Virus record (IMG/VR): IMGVR_UViG_3300040801_002079
Span: 252,802-316,801 of that record
Reading direction: 5' to 3' (one strand)
Length of the DNA stretch: 64,000 nt
Both the position numbers and the translations under genes were made by a program. Every line of letters begins with the position of its first letter. Within the stretch, counting starts at the first letter, position 1. The notes beneath the pieces are model-generated. The model ran no database searches and was not told the DNA's origin. It worked only from the letters and a program-made list of their open reading frames with translations. Below, in pieces: positions 1 through 9,267 of this stretch.

Positions 1-309
1 CGAGATGATATGGAATCATTTGCCCTGATGACCGTATCTAAAGTATGGAGAAGTTTTAATCCAGAGAAATCCAATAATCCATTCGCATATTTTACCCAAG
101 TAATTAAGCGGGCATTTTATCAATATCAAAACATGGAACGCAGACAGCGTGATATTTCAAATGAACTATTAATAGAAGATGGTCAGTCCCCTTCCCATGC
201 ATACATGGTCGAATATGAATATCGGAATTTTGACCCGGACGATGCGGGTGGATCAATTAAAACCACGTATGGTGACGGATATTCTGAAGCTGATGAGACC
301 GAATCTTAA
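1..309 (+). CDS. gp55: T4 gp55-like late-transcription sigma factor, C-terminal part (5' end lies outside the window)
   Basis: FNPEKSNNPFAYFTQVIKRAF is the hallmark gp55 segment; the frame is open from base 1; it neighbours gp46/47 as in T4; many NATAAATA boxes occur in the window. Confidence 0.85.
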   Translation, partial: RDDMESFALMTVSKVWRSFNPEKSNNPFAYFTQVIKRAFYQYQNMERRQRDISNELLIEDGQSPSHAYMVEYEYRNFDPDDAGGSIKTTYGDGYSEADETES

Positions 310-2507
310 TTCATTGTAACCGTTGTTAGTCCACCCTTGAGGGTCGCCTTGAGGGTCTTATTAAACGATGACTTAATTTCATCACGATGAGTGATGACGT
401 ACATATTCAAATCCTCATCCTTGGCAATCTTTTTAATCATCTTGGATGCAAGTTTAATTCCAAGATTACTTAATCCGGTGTCAAGACATTCATCCAGAAT
501 ACAGAAATTAATTTTCTGATGACGAGCCTGTACAACATCTCTAAACGCAAAGGCAAGAGCAATATTAATTCTAGCCTTTTGTCCACCCGATAGATTGGAG
601 AAACTGATGGGGTTATTAAACTGAGATATGGATATGGTCATGTCCTTTGTAAACTCAACCTTATGCAACATACCAATCGCGTCTAAATAATATCGCAATT
701 GTGTATTAAGAAGTGGTAGATTAATATTCAATAATTCTTGTCGTATATGACTATCCTTTCTGGTTAACAGCTTAAGTAAAAATTCCTGATGAGTTAATAG
801 CTTCTTAAGTTCATCAATCTCATCATCTCTAGGCTCATCAATGTTTGCAAATGCTTTCTCAAGCCGTTCAACTGTTTCGGTGTGAGGATTAGGCTCTGCT
901 GTTTTATCAGCCAGTGTTTTCTTAAGCTGATCAAGTCTAGACTGATCTGCATATAATGAATCCAGCGTTACCCCGTCCCTTTCCATCGAATCTGCTTCAG
1001 CATTCAGCACTCGTATATCCTCTTCCAATACATCAATTTCCTCTTGATGTTTTGTTAAATCAATTGTGGCATCCAGAGTGTACGGATTCTCTTGGCTTAT
1101 CAGCCTTTCGTAATCGGCTTGAGCGGCCTCAAATGCCCGCTTAGAATCTTCATATAATGATCTTGAATCAAAAATACAATCAACTGAATCAATATCCTTT
1201 AATAGTTTTTCATTATCATCATTAAGCTCAGTATTGGCATTTTCAATAGTCGTGTATTGTAACGCATATTGATTAAGCTCTGCTTCCTTCTCTTTAATTT
1301 TATCTTCATTCTCGTGATATGTCTGCTTACAGTATGGACATAATGCAGATTTTAACAATTTAACTTCCTCATTAAGGCCCTCAAGTGTCTCATAAATTTT
1401 AGATAATTCTGATTTATTGTCATTTATAGTTTTAACATTATTATCGTATTTTTCATTAAGCACATCCAGTTTATCCAATTGCTCAGATTGCTCGTTGAAA
1501 TCTATATCGTCATACTGCTTCAATAGGAGTTGTGACTTTTCTATATCGGACTTATGATCACTCTCCCATTTCTTTATATTAGTTTCAGTCTTTTTATATT
1601 CGGCTAATTTAAACTTGAGCTTATCAATCTCCGCTTCCTTTTCAGATACCGCAGATCGGATAATGCCAATAGTTTTCTGATTCTTGATTTCCCCAGCAAA
1701 GTCTATTAATTCCAATTGCTTAATATCATCTTTGGCTTTCTTAATCTGTGCCGCATGGTCTTCATCCCACTTCTCAACCGAACCTTTTGCCAGTTCAAGC
1801 TGCTCAGCATAGCGCGATGTCTCTTCTTCTATTCGTTCATTAAGCTCAATTAATCGTGTGATGGAAGCCTTGGTTTCCTTTATCTTGGGTTTAAGATTAT
1901 TAGCCTTTTCCGTTAATTCTTTTTGTCCAAATATTTCTTCAAGAATTGATGTTTGGCTTGTTTTGTTTGTGCTTGTCGCTGGAAGGTTTAAGAACGGCTC
2001 AAAGCTTGCACTATAAACCACGATGCGTACAAAAATATCAAAAGGCATTCTAAGTATATCTTCAGCGATATACTCATCGACAGACCTTCCTGCGGGGGTT
2101 TTAATGTTATCAGGTTTGGTTAAATCCTTCACGTTTTCAGCGGATGAGAACCTAACCCCATTATTGCCCGAACCGCCAAGGTCTTTATTCTTACGCCATC
2201 TTTCAACTTTGAAAAATGTTCCATTAACTTCAAAAATCACAGCAACATAAAGATTCTTCTTGTTTATGTTATTAATAATTTCATCCAGCTTCTTAAACTC
2301 AGAAACTGTCTTACCGTATAAAGCGAATGCTAAAGCGTTAAGGATGCTTGTTTTGCCTGCACCATTATTATCATGTTCACCATCGATAATAACATCAAGG
2401 TTTTCACCGATAATTAAGGTAGGTTCTTCTATCTCAAGAGGAATTACGGTCAAATTATCACCGTAAGACAGAAAGTTTCTTATATGTAATTCAATAAAGC
2501 GAATCAT
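306..2507 (-). CDS. gp46: Rad50/SbcC-type recombination ATPase (T4 gp46-like)
   Basis: RNFLSYG, Walker A NGAGKT, long coiled coil with CPYC zinc hook, signature LSGGQ, Walker B ILDECLD, H-loop ITH. Confidence 0.95.
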   Translation of the reverse strand: MIRFIELHIRNFLSYGDNLTVIPLEIEEPTLIIGENLDVIIDGEHDNNGAGKTSILNALAFALYGKTVSEFKKLDEIINNINKKNLYVAVIFEVNGTFFKVERWRKNKDLGGSGNNGVRFSSAENVKDLTKPDNIKTPAGRSVDEYIAEDILRMPFDIFVRIVVYSASFEPFLNLPATSTNKTSQTSILEEIFGQKELTEKANNLKPKIKETKASITRLIELNERIEEETSRYAEQLELAKGSVEKWDEDHAAQIKKAKDDIKQLELIDFAGEIKNQKTIGIIRSAVSEKEAEIDKLKFKLAEYKKTETNIKKWESDHKSDIEKSQLLLKQYDDIDFNEQSEQLDKLDVLNEKYDNNVKTINDNKSELSKIYETLEGLNEEVKLLKSALCPYCKQTYHENEDKIKEKEAELNQYALQYTTIENANTELNDDNEKLLKDIDSVDCIFDSRSLYEDSKRAFEAAQADYERLISQENPYTLDATIDLTKHQEEIDVLEEDIRVLNAEADSMERDGVTLDSLYADQSRLDQLKKTLADKTAEPNPHTETVERLEKAFANIDEPRDDEIDELKKLLTHQEFLLKLLTRKDSHIRQELLNINLPLLNTQLRYYLDAIGMLHKVEFTKDMTISISQFNNPISFSNLSGGQKARINIALAFAFRDVVQARHQKINFCILDECLDTGLSNLGIKLASKMIKKIAKDEDLNMYVITHRDEIKSSFNKTLKATLKGGLTTVTMN

Positions 2508-3532
2508 AATTTATCATACTCCGAGATAAGAAGATCATTTTCTATTTTATCGCTTTCAATGTTTTTTAACATTTTGCGAACCAGTGCGTTCGTGCTTTCA
2601 TTCTGAACATCTTCCTCAGTCAATTCACTATCAACAACCGTTACAGTCATAACTTCTTCTATAGTAAACTCTCTAAGTTGATGATCTGTAATCATTTTTT
2701 GCTTAAGTTCGCTATTTTCGCTAAAGGTTATATCGACATCTGCTACACATTTAACACGAGCATTATCTGAGAGAATATCGGGATTTTCATTTATTTCTGA
2801 AAGTTTTACTCGCATATATTTCGGACAATCTTCCCAATTAATATACTGAGTATCACCAGATTCATAATCATAAATTGCCATGCCACGATCATTATCGTTA
2901 GCGTCCCCAAAATCCATGGGGAAGGCGTTGCCAATATACGAAATGTTTTTAGAATGTTGTCGTTTATGAAAGTGTCCTGAAAATATTTTATCAGGAGCGG
3001 AGAATTTATCTGGATCAGGTCCCGATTCCTTTACAACGGTATCCCCTGTTAAAACAAATCCCTTAAACTCAAAATGCCCCATCCATATAGGAACATCGAA
3101 ATACCCAGATAAGTCTGCATATTCATGCTCAAATAAAAACGGGGAGTACAATGTTGGAACGATAGTATCTTCACTGATAAGGGGTTCATCAACTAGCACA
3201 AAATTTTCAAGGGATTTATATATGTATGAAGCAAATACCTCGCGGTTATCCCTGTAATACAAGTCATGGTTTCCAACAATAAAGTAAATGGGAATTCCGA
3301 CATCATTCAAAATAGATGCGCAATCCATGGCATATTTTGAAGTTAATGAATCGATAGCAGTTCTTTCTTCAAACCAGTCTCCGAGAAACACAATATGATC
3401 AACATCATACTTAACGCACTGGTCTTTAAACCAGAGCGTGAAACTCTTACAATCTTCATTATGTATTTTACTATTATTTTTACGTCCAAAGTGGATGTCT
3501 GTGAACATTCCAGCACGTTTTAATTTTTGCAT
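2504..3532 (-). CDS. gp47: Mre11/SbcD-type recombination nuclease (T4 gp47-like)
   Basis: Phosphoesterase motifs TDIHFG, LGDWF, VGNHD, GHFE, SGHFH; its stop overlaps the gp46 start. Confidence 0.95.
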   Translation of the reverse strand: MQKLKRAGMFTDIHFGRKNNSKIHNEDCKSFTLWFKDQCVKYDVDHIVFLGDWFEERTAIDSLTSKYAMDCASILNDVGIPIYFIVGNHDLYYRDNREVFASYIYKSLENFVLVDEPLISEDTIVPTLYSPFLFEHEYADLSGYFDVPIWMGHFEFKGFVLTGDTVVKESGPDPDKFSAPDKIFSGHFHKRQHSKNISYIGNAFPMDFGDANDNDRGMAIYDYESGDTQYINWEDCPKYMRVKLSEINENPDILSDNARVKCVADVDITFSENSELKQKMITDHQLREFTIEEVMTVTVVDSELTEEDVQNESTNALVRKMLKNIESDKIENDLLISEYDKL

Positions 3533-3535
3533 AAA

Positions 3536-5179
3536 CTATTTAATCCATGTAAAGCTTTCCAACCACCATTTAGGTATAACGGTATTCTTTGTCTGGTTAT
3601 ACAAGAATGTGAAGCTTTCGTCAAGTATGTATGTTATTCCCCAATCAGTGTGATCACGGCATACACGACCCGATCCCTGAATCATCTCCTTTAATGTCTG
3701 ACGATTGTACCAATCCCTAGACATATCCATTCTGCGCTTAATCCATTCATCACCTAACGATGGAAATGGAACTTTGGCAAATATGGCAAACCTTCCCAGA
3801 TCATGCTTCAAGTCAAGCCCTTCGGTAATACTAGGGGATACCAGTACAGTCGGCTCTACTTCTGCACTCTCCATGTATGACTTAATAATGTCATCACGTT
3901 TGACAACCTGATCCTTATATGGGTTATGGTTCAATATCTTATGGCTATCGGTTGTTTGTAATTCTTCAATAATCCACTTTGAAAGTTTAAAGCTTCCGGT
4001 GTGTATAATGCCGGAATCACTCTTATGTTGATCAAGAATGCCCTTAATGGCATTAATCATATTGCGTCTGCCAGCATTTTTTTCGGGATCATCTCTATCC
4101 CATCCATAGCTCATACGGGCTGACGGCATATACATAACAGGTCTGCGATCAGGATCAAACTCTGATTTAAGCGATAGAAACGCCGCTTCATCTGGATTAA
4201 TCCGTAAGTCTCGACAGAATCCATCTTTATTTAAAATAGTGGAACTCATAAACAAAAACTTTTCGGCTTTCGGTTTAATTATCCCATGAAATGCCCTTCC
4301 ACCAAATAACTCCTTTACCGTAAAATCTTTATCATTTTTAACCAATACGTAGTTATCCTCAATTTCTTCATTAGTACATAGAAGAACTTGATTGATATTG
4401 TCGGCATGTCGGGTATACCTGATGTAATTCTTAATGATTGCTTGATCATCAGCGGATAGTTTATCACTGGAAGCATAACTTTCAATTCGCTCTATTTCCC
4501 TTGAAAGAGACCCAATATAATGTTCCAGCTTAGGCCAATATGTCTCAGTCATCCATTGATGAGCTTGTGACATTGTTTTCGGTCTATATAGCTTGAGTTG
4601 GTTATTGCTGATTTTAGCGCAAGTTGTTTCAGAAATAGCGAAAGTGCTAAAATTAACCAGTTGCTGTTCGAGATTATGGCATTCGTCCATAACCATTAAC
4701 TTTCTACTAGGCATTCTTTTTTCTTCCAGATATGAAAAATAAAGAAGAGCCAGTGTGTAATTCAAAACCATATTAGGTGATGCATTAGCCCTACCAAAAG
4801 CAGCTTTGTAAGGACATGAACTACATGAGGGTTTAATAGATGAACCTACTTCACATGAGCAATCTTTTGGCTCACAACGATAGTTGCCCTTTCCGTACAT
4901 AGAAGCCAAAAGCTGTTTATCAAAAGAGGTTTCATACTGATTCTGAAGAATCTTTTGAGGTGTTAGAATGAATGAAGAACCCATCCCACTTTTGGATAAC
5001 CATGAACTTACCGTTAAACCAATAGGTGATTTACCACCACCCACAGGCATTTCAAGTAAAATGTATTTCTTTTCAGGAGGTAATTCTTGTATCCAATCAA
5101 ACGTTTCTTGTTGGGAGATACGAGGACTGTATTTGGGCATTACCCTGTCCCATGATTTCATTATGTCGTTATCATTCAT
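3536..5179 (-). CDS. DinG/XPD-family SF2 helicase
   Basis: Q-motif PRISQ, Walker A PVGGGKS, Cys cluster (YRC..C.C....C..CPY), DECH, SST, TEGLD, KVPFP, QGSGRVCR. Confidence 0.9.
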   Translation of the reverse strand: MNDNDIMKSWDRVMPKYSPRISQQETFDWIQELPPEKKYILLEMPVGGGKSPIGLTVSSWLSKSGMGSSFILTPQKILQNQYETSFDKQLLASMYGKGNYRCEPKDCSCEVGSSIKPSCSSCPYKAAFGRANASPNMVLNYTLALLYFSYLEEKRMPSRKLMVMDECHNLEQQLVNFSTFAISETTCAKISNNQLKLYRPKTMSQAHQWMTETYWPKLEHYIGSLSREIERIESYASSDKLSADDQAIIKNYIRYTRHADNINQVLLCTNEEIEDNYVLVKNDKDFTVKELFGGRAFHGIIKPKAEKFLFMSSTILNKDGFCRDLRINPDEAAFLSLKSEFDPDRRPVMYMPSARMSYGWDRDDPEKNAGRRNMINAIKGILDQHKSDSGIIHTGSFKLSKWIIEELQTTDSHKILNHNPYKDQVVKRDDIIKSYMESAEVEPTVLVSPSITEGLDLKHDLGRFAIFAKVPFPSLGDEWIKRRMDMSRDWYNRQTLKEMIQGSGRVCRDHTDWGITYILDESFTFLYNQTKNTVIPKWWLESFTWIK

Positions 5180-5206
5180 TCATTTTTCCTTATTTCAGGT
5201 CATTTC

Positions 5207-5235
5207 ATTATACCACTTCTTTTCTCAGATAACAA
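5207..5235 (-). promoter_or_regulatory. sigma70-type promoter for the helicase-gp47-gp46 unit
   Basis: Minus strand reads TTGTTA-17 nt-TATAAT with an extended -10 (TGG before TATAAT), upstream of an AAGGA RBS and the ATG at 5179. Confidence 0.6.
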
Positions 5236-5415
5236 CCGCTGAAAGCGGGTTGTTGGTTCGAAGAACCGATTTTTCATTTCCATCTTAAAGGGACTCGTAC
5301 CTCGCCCTTTAAGATAATTATATGGGGTTTTATCGATTGAGTTACTTATATGAATTAATTATTTAAGCCCTTAGAGTTAATTATAAGGGGGTTTTACCCT
5401 ATCTCCCTCCCCCAT

Positions 5416-5750
5416 TTTTCGTAATTACATAATAATTACAAGAAAATTGATCCCAAAGCCAAACTTAGTGGTTTTAGTTCTATCCACCATCAGAACCGAA
5501 ATGCACCTAGATTACAATCAGAACAAATCGACTTACCCCTTCTGGTAAACACAGAGGAATATGTTTTAATAGGTCAGGCTATATGATTCCAGTTTAATTC
5601 CGAAAACTATTGCAATCATGAACCCCTATATGGACCTTAAGTACCTTTTAGTGTATATCGCGTTTACAGATATACGGCCTCTTTCGACGTTCACGGATTA
5701 GCCGTGTCAGTGCAGCCCATTCAGAATTATCAAGTTGTAATGTAATCAGG
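5416..5750 (-). ncRNA. Candidate large structured non-coding RNA (family not recognised)
   Basis: ORF-free; at least 7 stems including long-range 5506-5516/5741-5750 and an H-type pseudoknot (5477-81/5492-96 with 5484-88/5467-71); G-U pairs favour the minus strand. Confidence 0.45.
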
Positions 5751-5755
5751 TTAAA

Positions 5756-5785
5756 GTAAGTATCGTAGGTATTGTAAGTATCGTA
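5756..5785. repeat. 12-bp direct repeat GTAAGTATCGTA x2
   Basis: Exact copies at 5756-5767 and 5774-5785; the minus strand contains -10-like TACGAT/TACAAT hexamers. Confidence 0.8.
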
Positions 5786-5791
5786 ACTATT

Positions 5792-6538
5792 TTAATTAAG
5801 TAATGCTTCTTCTATTAATTCAAAATTATATTCTTTATCTTTAGCTAGTTTAACTATTATTTCATACATTATTTTTGCATCATTAATATCTTCAATTGGT
5901 TTAGGTATATTACTCATTGCGAATGCTTCTTCACATTCGTTGCGTAACACATTTACATACCAATCATCATGTAGGTTATCATTTTCCAATAATGAAAGCA
6001 TTATCTCATGCTTCTTAAACCTACCCCCTGAAGTTCCAGCACAATTTTTACAAGGAAGTTTTTTACCTTTAGTGTTAAATTGCTCTGGATAAGTAAGCTC
6101 ACACGCTTTAACTTTCAGAGTTGATGGTGAAACTACCACACCATGATATTCGATGTCAAGCATTAATTTGGTTCTTAATAGTGTACTGAACGTAACAAGA
6201 TCAATAAGAGGACCAGCAGCGGATGAATAGCTATAACCCTCAATGCAGATTATGGTTTCCTCTGCATCATTATTCAGGTTTAAAGCAATGTCGCTAATGA
6301 TATGGTCAGTTATCTCATTATATAATTTAAGTTTTGCTAGTTCGCTTTGCGAATACGGTAAACTCGTATCAACACCATCAAAGAATTTATAATCAACATA
6401 TTGATCCATGAGTTTGAACCATTTCTTCAAACTCCCAGTTTTCGTCTTTGCTAAAGCATTCGTAGTGTAAACGTAAAATCGACCATTTATACACACTGCC
6501 GTACATGACAGTGAGGGGTCTATCGTTATTATATTCAT
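5792..6538 (-). CDS. RuvC-like Holliday junction resolvase (RNase H fold)
   Basis: N-terminal IDPSLSCT, central IEGYSY, C-terminal EDINDA acidic motifs. Confidence 0.75.
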   Translation of the reverse strand: MNIITIDPSLSCTAVCINGRFYVYTTNALAKTKTGSLKKWFKLMDQYVDYKFFDGVDTSLPYSQSELAKLKLYNEITDHIISDIALNLNNDAEETIICIEGYSYSSAAGPLIDLVTFSTLLRTKLMLDIEYHGVVVSPSTLKVKACELTYPEQFNTKGKKLPCKNCAGTSGGRFKKHEIMLSLLENDNLHDDWYVNVLRNECEEAFAMSNIPKPIEDINDAKIMYEIIVKLAKDKEYNFELIEEALLN

Positions 6539-6579
6539 AACCCAGTCACCTTATTGTGACCTTATTTATGAATAATTTT

Positions 6580-6957
6580 TCAGTAGTTAACTACTATAAC
6601 ATTCAACCCATTATCTTTGGCATACTTAATCATGTGGGCAGTGCCACGAGATTTACCATCCCAGAATGCAATTAATGAATCGGCATAATCACCCATCTGC
6701 TCGTTGCGTATGGGTCCAGCGGCCTTTCCATGTTTATCCCATTCTGCTGGAAACAGCATTACACCAACATGATTTTCTTTAGCCCAGCGTTCACCTAAAC
6801 TATCGGCACCACGAGCACCACCTGATACAATCTCTATTTCATCAGCATGATTGCCATTCCATATAGCATTTCGAAAATTTTCTAATGTTTTTGATAGTTT
6901 CTCGTAGTCATTAAAGTCTCTGCCACCAGCAACTATTACTTTGTGAAAATTAAACAT
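6580..6957 (-). CDS. YspA/SLOG-family (DUF2493-like) protein
   Basis: VIVAGGRDF, VSGGARGAD, AAGPIRN, FWDGKSRGTAHMI. Confidence 0.9.
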   Translation of the reverse strand: MFNFHKVIVAGGRDFNDYEKLSKTLENFRNAIWNGNHADEIEIVSGGARGADSLGERWAKENHVGVMLFPAEWDKHGKAAGPIRNEQMGDYADSLIAFWDGKSRGTAHMIKYAKDNGLNVIVVNY

Positions 6958-6966
6958 ATCCCTATT

Positions 6967-7197
6967 TTAATATATCGGGTTGGGTTTTTTCAACTCATTT
7001 TTTATATGTTCTGTTTGGAACTCGTTAACCAAGTCCTTTTCAAAGGGGGTCATTTCCATTAATTCAGCATATGGTATGGAACCCCTACCGAAGTAAGCCA
7101 TAGAGATGCAAGATTGAACGATTGCTCTAATCTCACCCCTCAACCTAGCAATTTCCTTATTAATTATTGTTTTGTCTTCTTGGTTGAGGGCACGGTA
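6967..7197 (-). CDS. -1-frame extension (76 aa) of the gp26-like protein; gp51/GT-like domain, not in the ORF track
   Basis: Open frame YRALNQEDKTIINKEIARLRGEIRAIVQSCISMAYFGRGSIPYAELMEMTPFEKDLVNEFQTEHIKNELKKPNPIY* starts at the slippery T TTT TTT and fills the gap up to the next gene's RBS. Confidence 0.75.
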   Translation of the reverse strand, partial: YRALNQEDKTIINKEIARLRGEIRAIVQSCISMAYFGRGSIPYAELMEMTPFEKDLVNEFQTEHIKNELKKPNPIY

Positions 7198-7203
7198 AAA
7201 AAA
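7137..7203 (-). promoter_or_regulatory. Programmed -1 ribosomal frameshift signal
   Basis: Heptamer U UUU UUU (7203-7197), 6-nt spacer, perfect 9-bp stem CCCUCAACC (7190-7182)/GGUUGAGGG (7145-7137). Confidence 0.75.
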
Positions 7204-8123
7204 TGAATCGGATTTAACGGAATCTCCGTTTTACTCTCATATGAACACTTTTTACACTTAAACTCATATTCCTTGGATGTTCCCCAATCATTAGCAACTT
7301 GGATATATTCTTGCATCTCGTCAATGACTGGAGCCTCACATGCTAGCGCCCATTCACGAATATGCTCTTTATTTGTAACTCCATTAACCGATTTGATGAC
7401 AGACAACAGTGTGTCAATAATGAAATCAGCCATTTCCTCAGGAGTTTCAATTTTTGTCATATCGTACTGGAACAATGTTAACATTTCTTTAAATGTTGAA
7501 GGACGTAGCTCAATCTCTTCACCAGTGGCTACAGTAAATTTGTAGTCATCCAGATTTGGATCAAACGGCACAGTATCACGTAAGAACTTATTAAGGTTTA
7601 TTTGATAAGTTGGTTTAACATTTACAAGTTCTGTGTATGAAGATTCCTCACCTTCTCTTCTCTGATCAATGCGATGCTCATCGGTTGACGATTCTGGAAT
7701 TATTTCTTTATCATTTCCACACTTGGGGCAATTCCAGTAAATGTCCAACTCTGATCCGTAAGTTACCATTCTTAAGCAGACTAATAGGTAATCTACATCA
7801 TTGGATAACAAATCCATCGGTTTTTTAATTTGAGGCATACACCGCTGAAATACCTTTTCAATAGCTGAACCTTGAAATAGCATATCAGGTGAACGCATTG
7901 TAATCTCATCAACTGTTGTCATGGGATAAACTAATACTTCACCATTAACAACCTCCTCATCCAGTTCACCATTAGTATACGTAACACCTCCAGATGGAAG
8001 TCTAAATGTCTCCGGGGGCATCTTGTTGAAACGTGCCATTAATGGATTGGGTGGAGGAGCGTATGTTCTGGTAGCCTCTTCTGTTTCAGGCTTAACTTCG
8101 TTTACATGTTCGTTCATCATCAA
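7164..8123 (-). CDS. T4 gp26-like baseplate hub / tail assembly chaperone
   Basis: FRLPSGG, VYPMTTVDE, DVDYLLVCLRMVTYG, CPKC and CKKC pairs, LNPIHFF near the end; late promoter upstream. Confidence 0.75.
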   Translation of the reverse strand: MMMNEHVNEVKPETEEATRTYAPPPNPLMARFNKMPPETFRLPSGGVTYTNGELDEEVVNGEVLVYPMTTVDEITMRSPDMLFQGSAIEKVFQRCMPQIKKPMDLLSNDVDYLLVCLRMVTYGSELDIYWNCPKCGNDKEIIPESSTDEHRIDQRREGEESSYTELVNVKPTYQINLNKFLRDTVPFDPNLDDYKFTVATGEEIELRPSTFKEMLTLFQYDMTKIETPEEMADFIIDTLLSVIKSVNGVTNKEHIREWALACEAPVIDEMQEYIQVANDWGTSKEYEFKCKKCSYESKTEIPLNPIHFFTVPSTKKTKQ

Positions 8124-8148
8124 CCTCTAATAATTATCGTTGTATTCA

Positions 8149-8202
8149 TATTTATAAGTACAAAAAAATGGTGATTTTACCGTTAAGATATAATCATAAA
8201 TA
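8149..8202. promoter_or_regulatory. Divergent late promoters
   Basis: TATAAATA on minus (8149-8156) and CATAAATA on plus (8195-8202) between divergent structural genes. Confidence 0.75.
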
Positions 8203-8244
8203 CATATACGCAATGATTTATATATTGTCAGGAGATAGATTATC

Positions 8245-8895
8245 ATGGGTATAATACGGGACGCTGCTTTTAATAGAGATGGTGGAATTATAGCGAATCA
8301 GCAACGATTTGTTCAGCAGCAACAAAGAGAGGACCATAGCTTGGGTGGTTCTCAAGAAGAAATTAGATTAATAGCCCGAGATGGTCAGGAAGGTCAACAC
8401 GGGGTAAGATTATTCGTCACACCCGAATTAAATGAAACACGTACTGTAAATTATCAAGAAATATCGGAAATGCGACAAGCCGGTGGAATATTGATCTATA
8501 TTGGTACTCAGGCTAGGACTTATCAAATAACAGCCCGGATGGTCTCAAGATCACAAAGAGAGGCAGACTTAACATACAAATATACACACCTATTAAAATC
8601 ATGGACTGTCCCAAGAAAGGGCGGCGGAGTGTTTGACGATGAAAACGCACCCGAAGTTTTAAAACTATATGGTTATGGACAGGAGCGTCAAATAAGAGGG
8701 GTTCCTGTTGTTATAACATCGCTGAGCATTGATTTCCCGTCTGCTGTAACCTACGTAACAACTAGGGATGGAAAGGCCCATGTCCCCGTTATACAAACAT
8801 TCACAATATCATTGAAAGAAGCCAGAAGACCGGAAGAGTTACAGGATAATTTTGACCTCACTGCGTACAAACAGGGCACATTGAAAAATTGGTAA
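8245..8895 (+). CDS. Baseplate / tail-tube-initiator-like structural protein
   Basis: Tube-like pattern (RTVNY, ARTYQIT, APEVLKLYGYG, VPVVITSLSIDFP, ISLKE); directly upstream of the gp53-like gene. Confidence 0.6.
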   Translation: MGIIRDAAFNRDGGIIANQQRFVQQQQREDHSLGGSQEEIRLIARDGQEGQHGVRLFVTPELNETRTVNYQEISEMRQAGGILIYIGTQARTYQITARMVSRSQREADLTYKYTHLLKSWTVPRKGGGVFDDENAPEVLKLYGYGQERQIRGVPVVITSLSIDFPSAVTYVTTRDGKAHVPVIQTFTISLKEARRPEELQDNFDLTAYKQGTLKNW

Positions 8896-8901
8896 ACGAT
8901 C

Positions 8902-9267
8902 ATGAGCATTAAAGAATATCCAAACAAATCATCAGCTTTAAAGCGTAAAAGCCGTTATGTTCAGGGCGGTACAACCGAATTAAAAAGAAAAAGATTGGGT
9001 TGGTGGGAAAGAGATATAGATATTCCCAAAGATGATATTACAGATATTGAATTAACAATAGGTGGCAAATATACTAATCGCCCCGATCTTGTGGCACATG
9101 ATTACTATAGAGATGCAACGTTAGCATGGATTGTGTTACAGTATAATGATATAGTTGACGTTAAGGATGAGTTTGTTACAGGCAAAACAATTACCATTCC
9201 ATCAGCAGACAGAGTTTATTTTGAGATATTAACGAGTAGTGTCAAAGTTCAAGAATCGGTATTATAA
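8902..9267 (+). CDS. Baseplate wedge protein, gp53/LysM-like
   Basis: RPDLVAHDYYRDATLAWIVLQYNDI...GKTITIPS. Confidence 0.8.
   Translation: MSIKEYPNKSSALKRKSRYVQGGTTELKRKRLGWWERDIDIPKDDITDIELTIGGKYTNRPDLVAHDYYRDATLAWIVLQYNDIVDVKDEFVTGKTITIPSADRVYFEILTSSVKVQESVL

Noticed and set aside
5323-5489. Possible tmRNA or tRNA (GGGG... TCCACCA)
   Set aside because: No T-arm GTTCGA before the CCA and no acceptor-stem pairing; length does not fit
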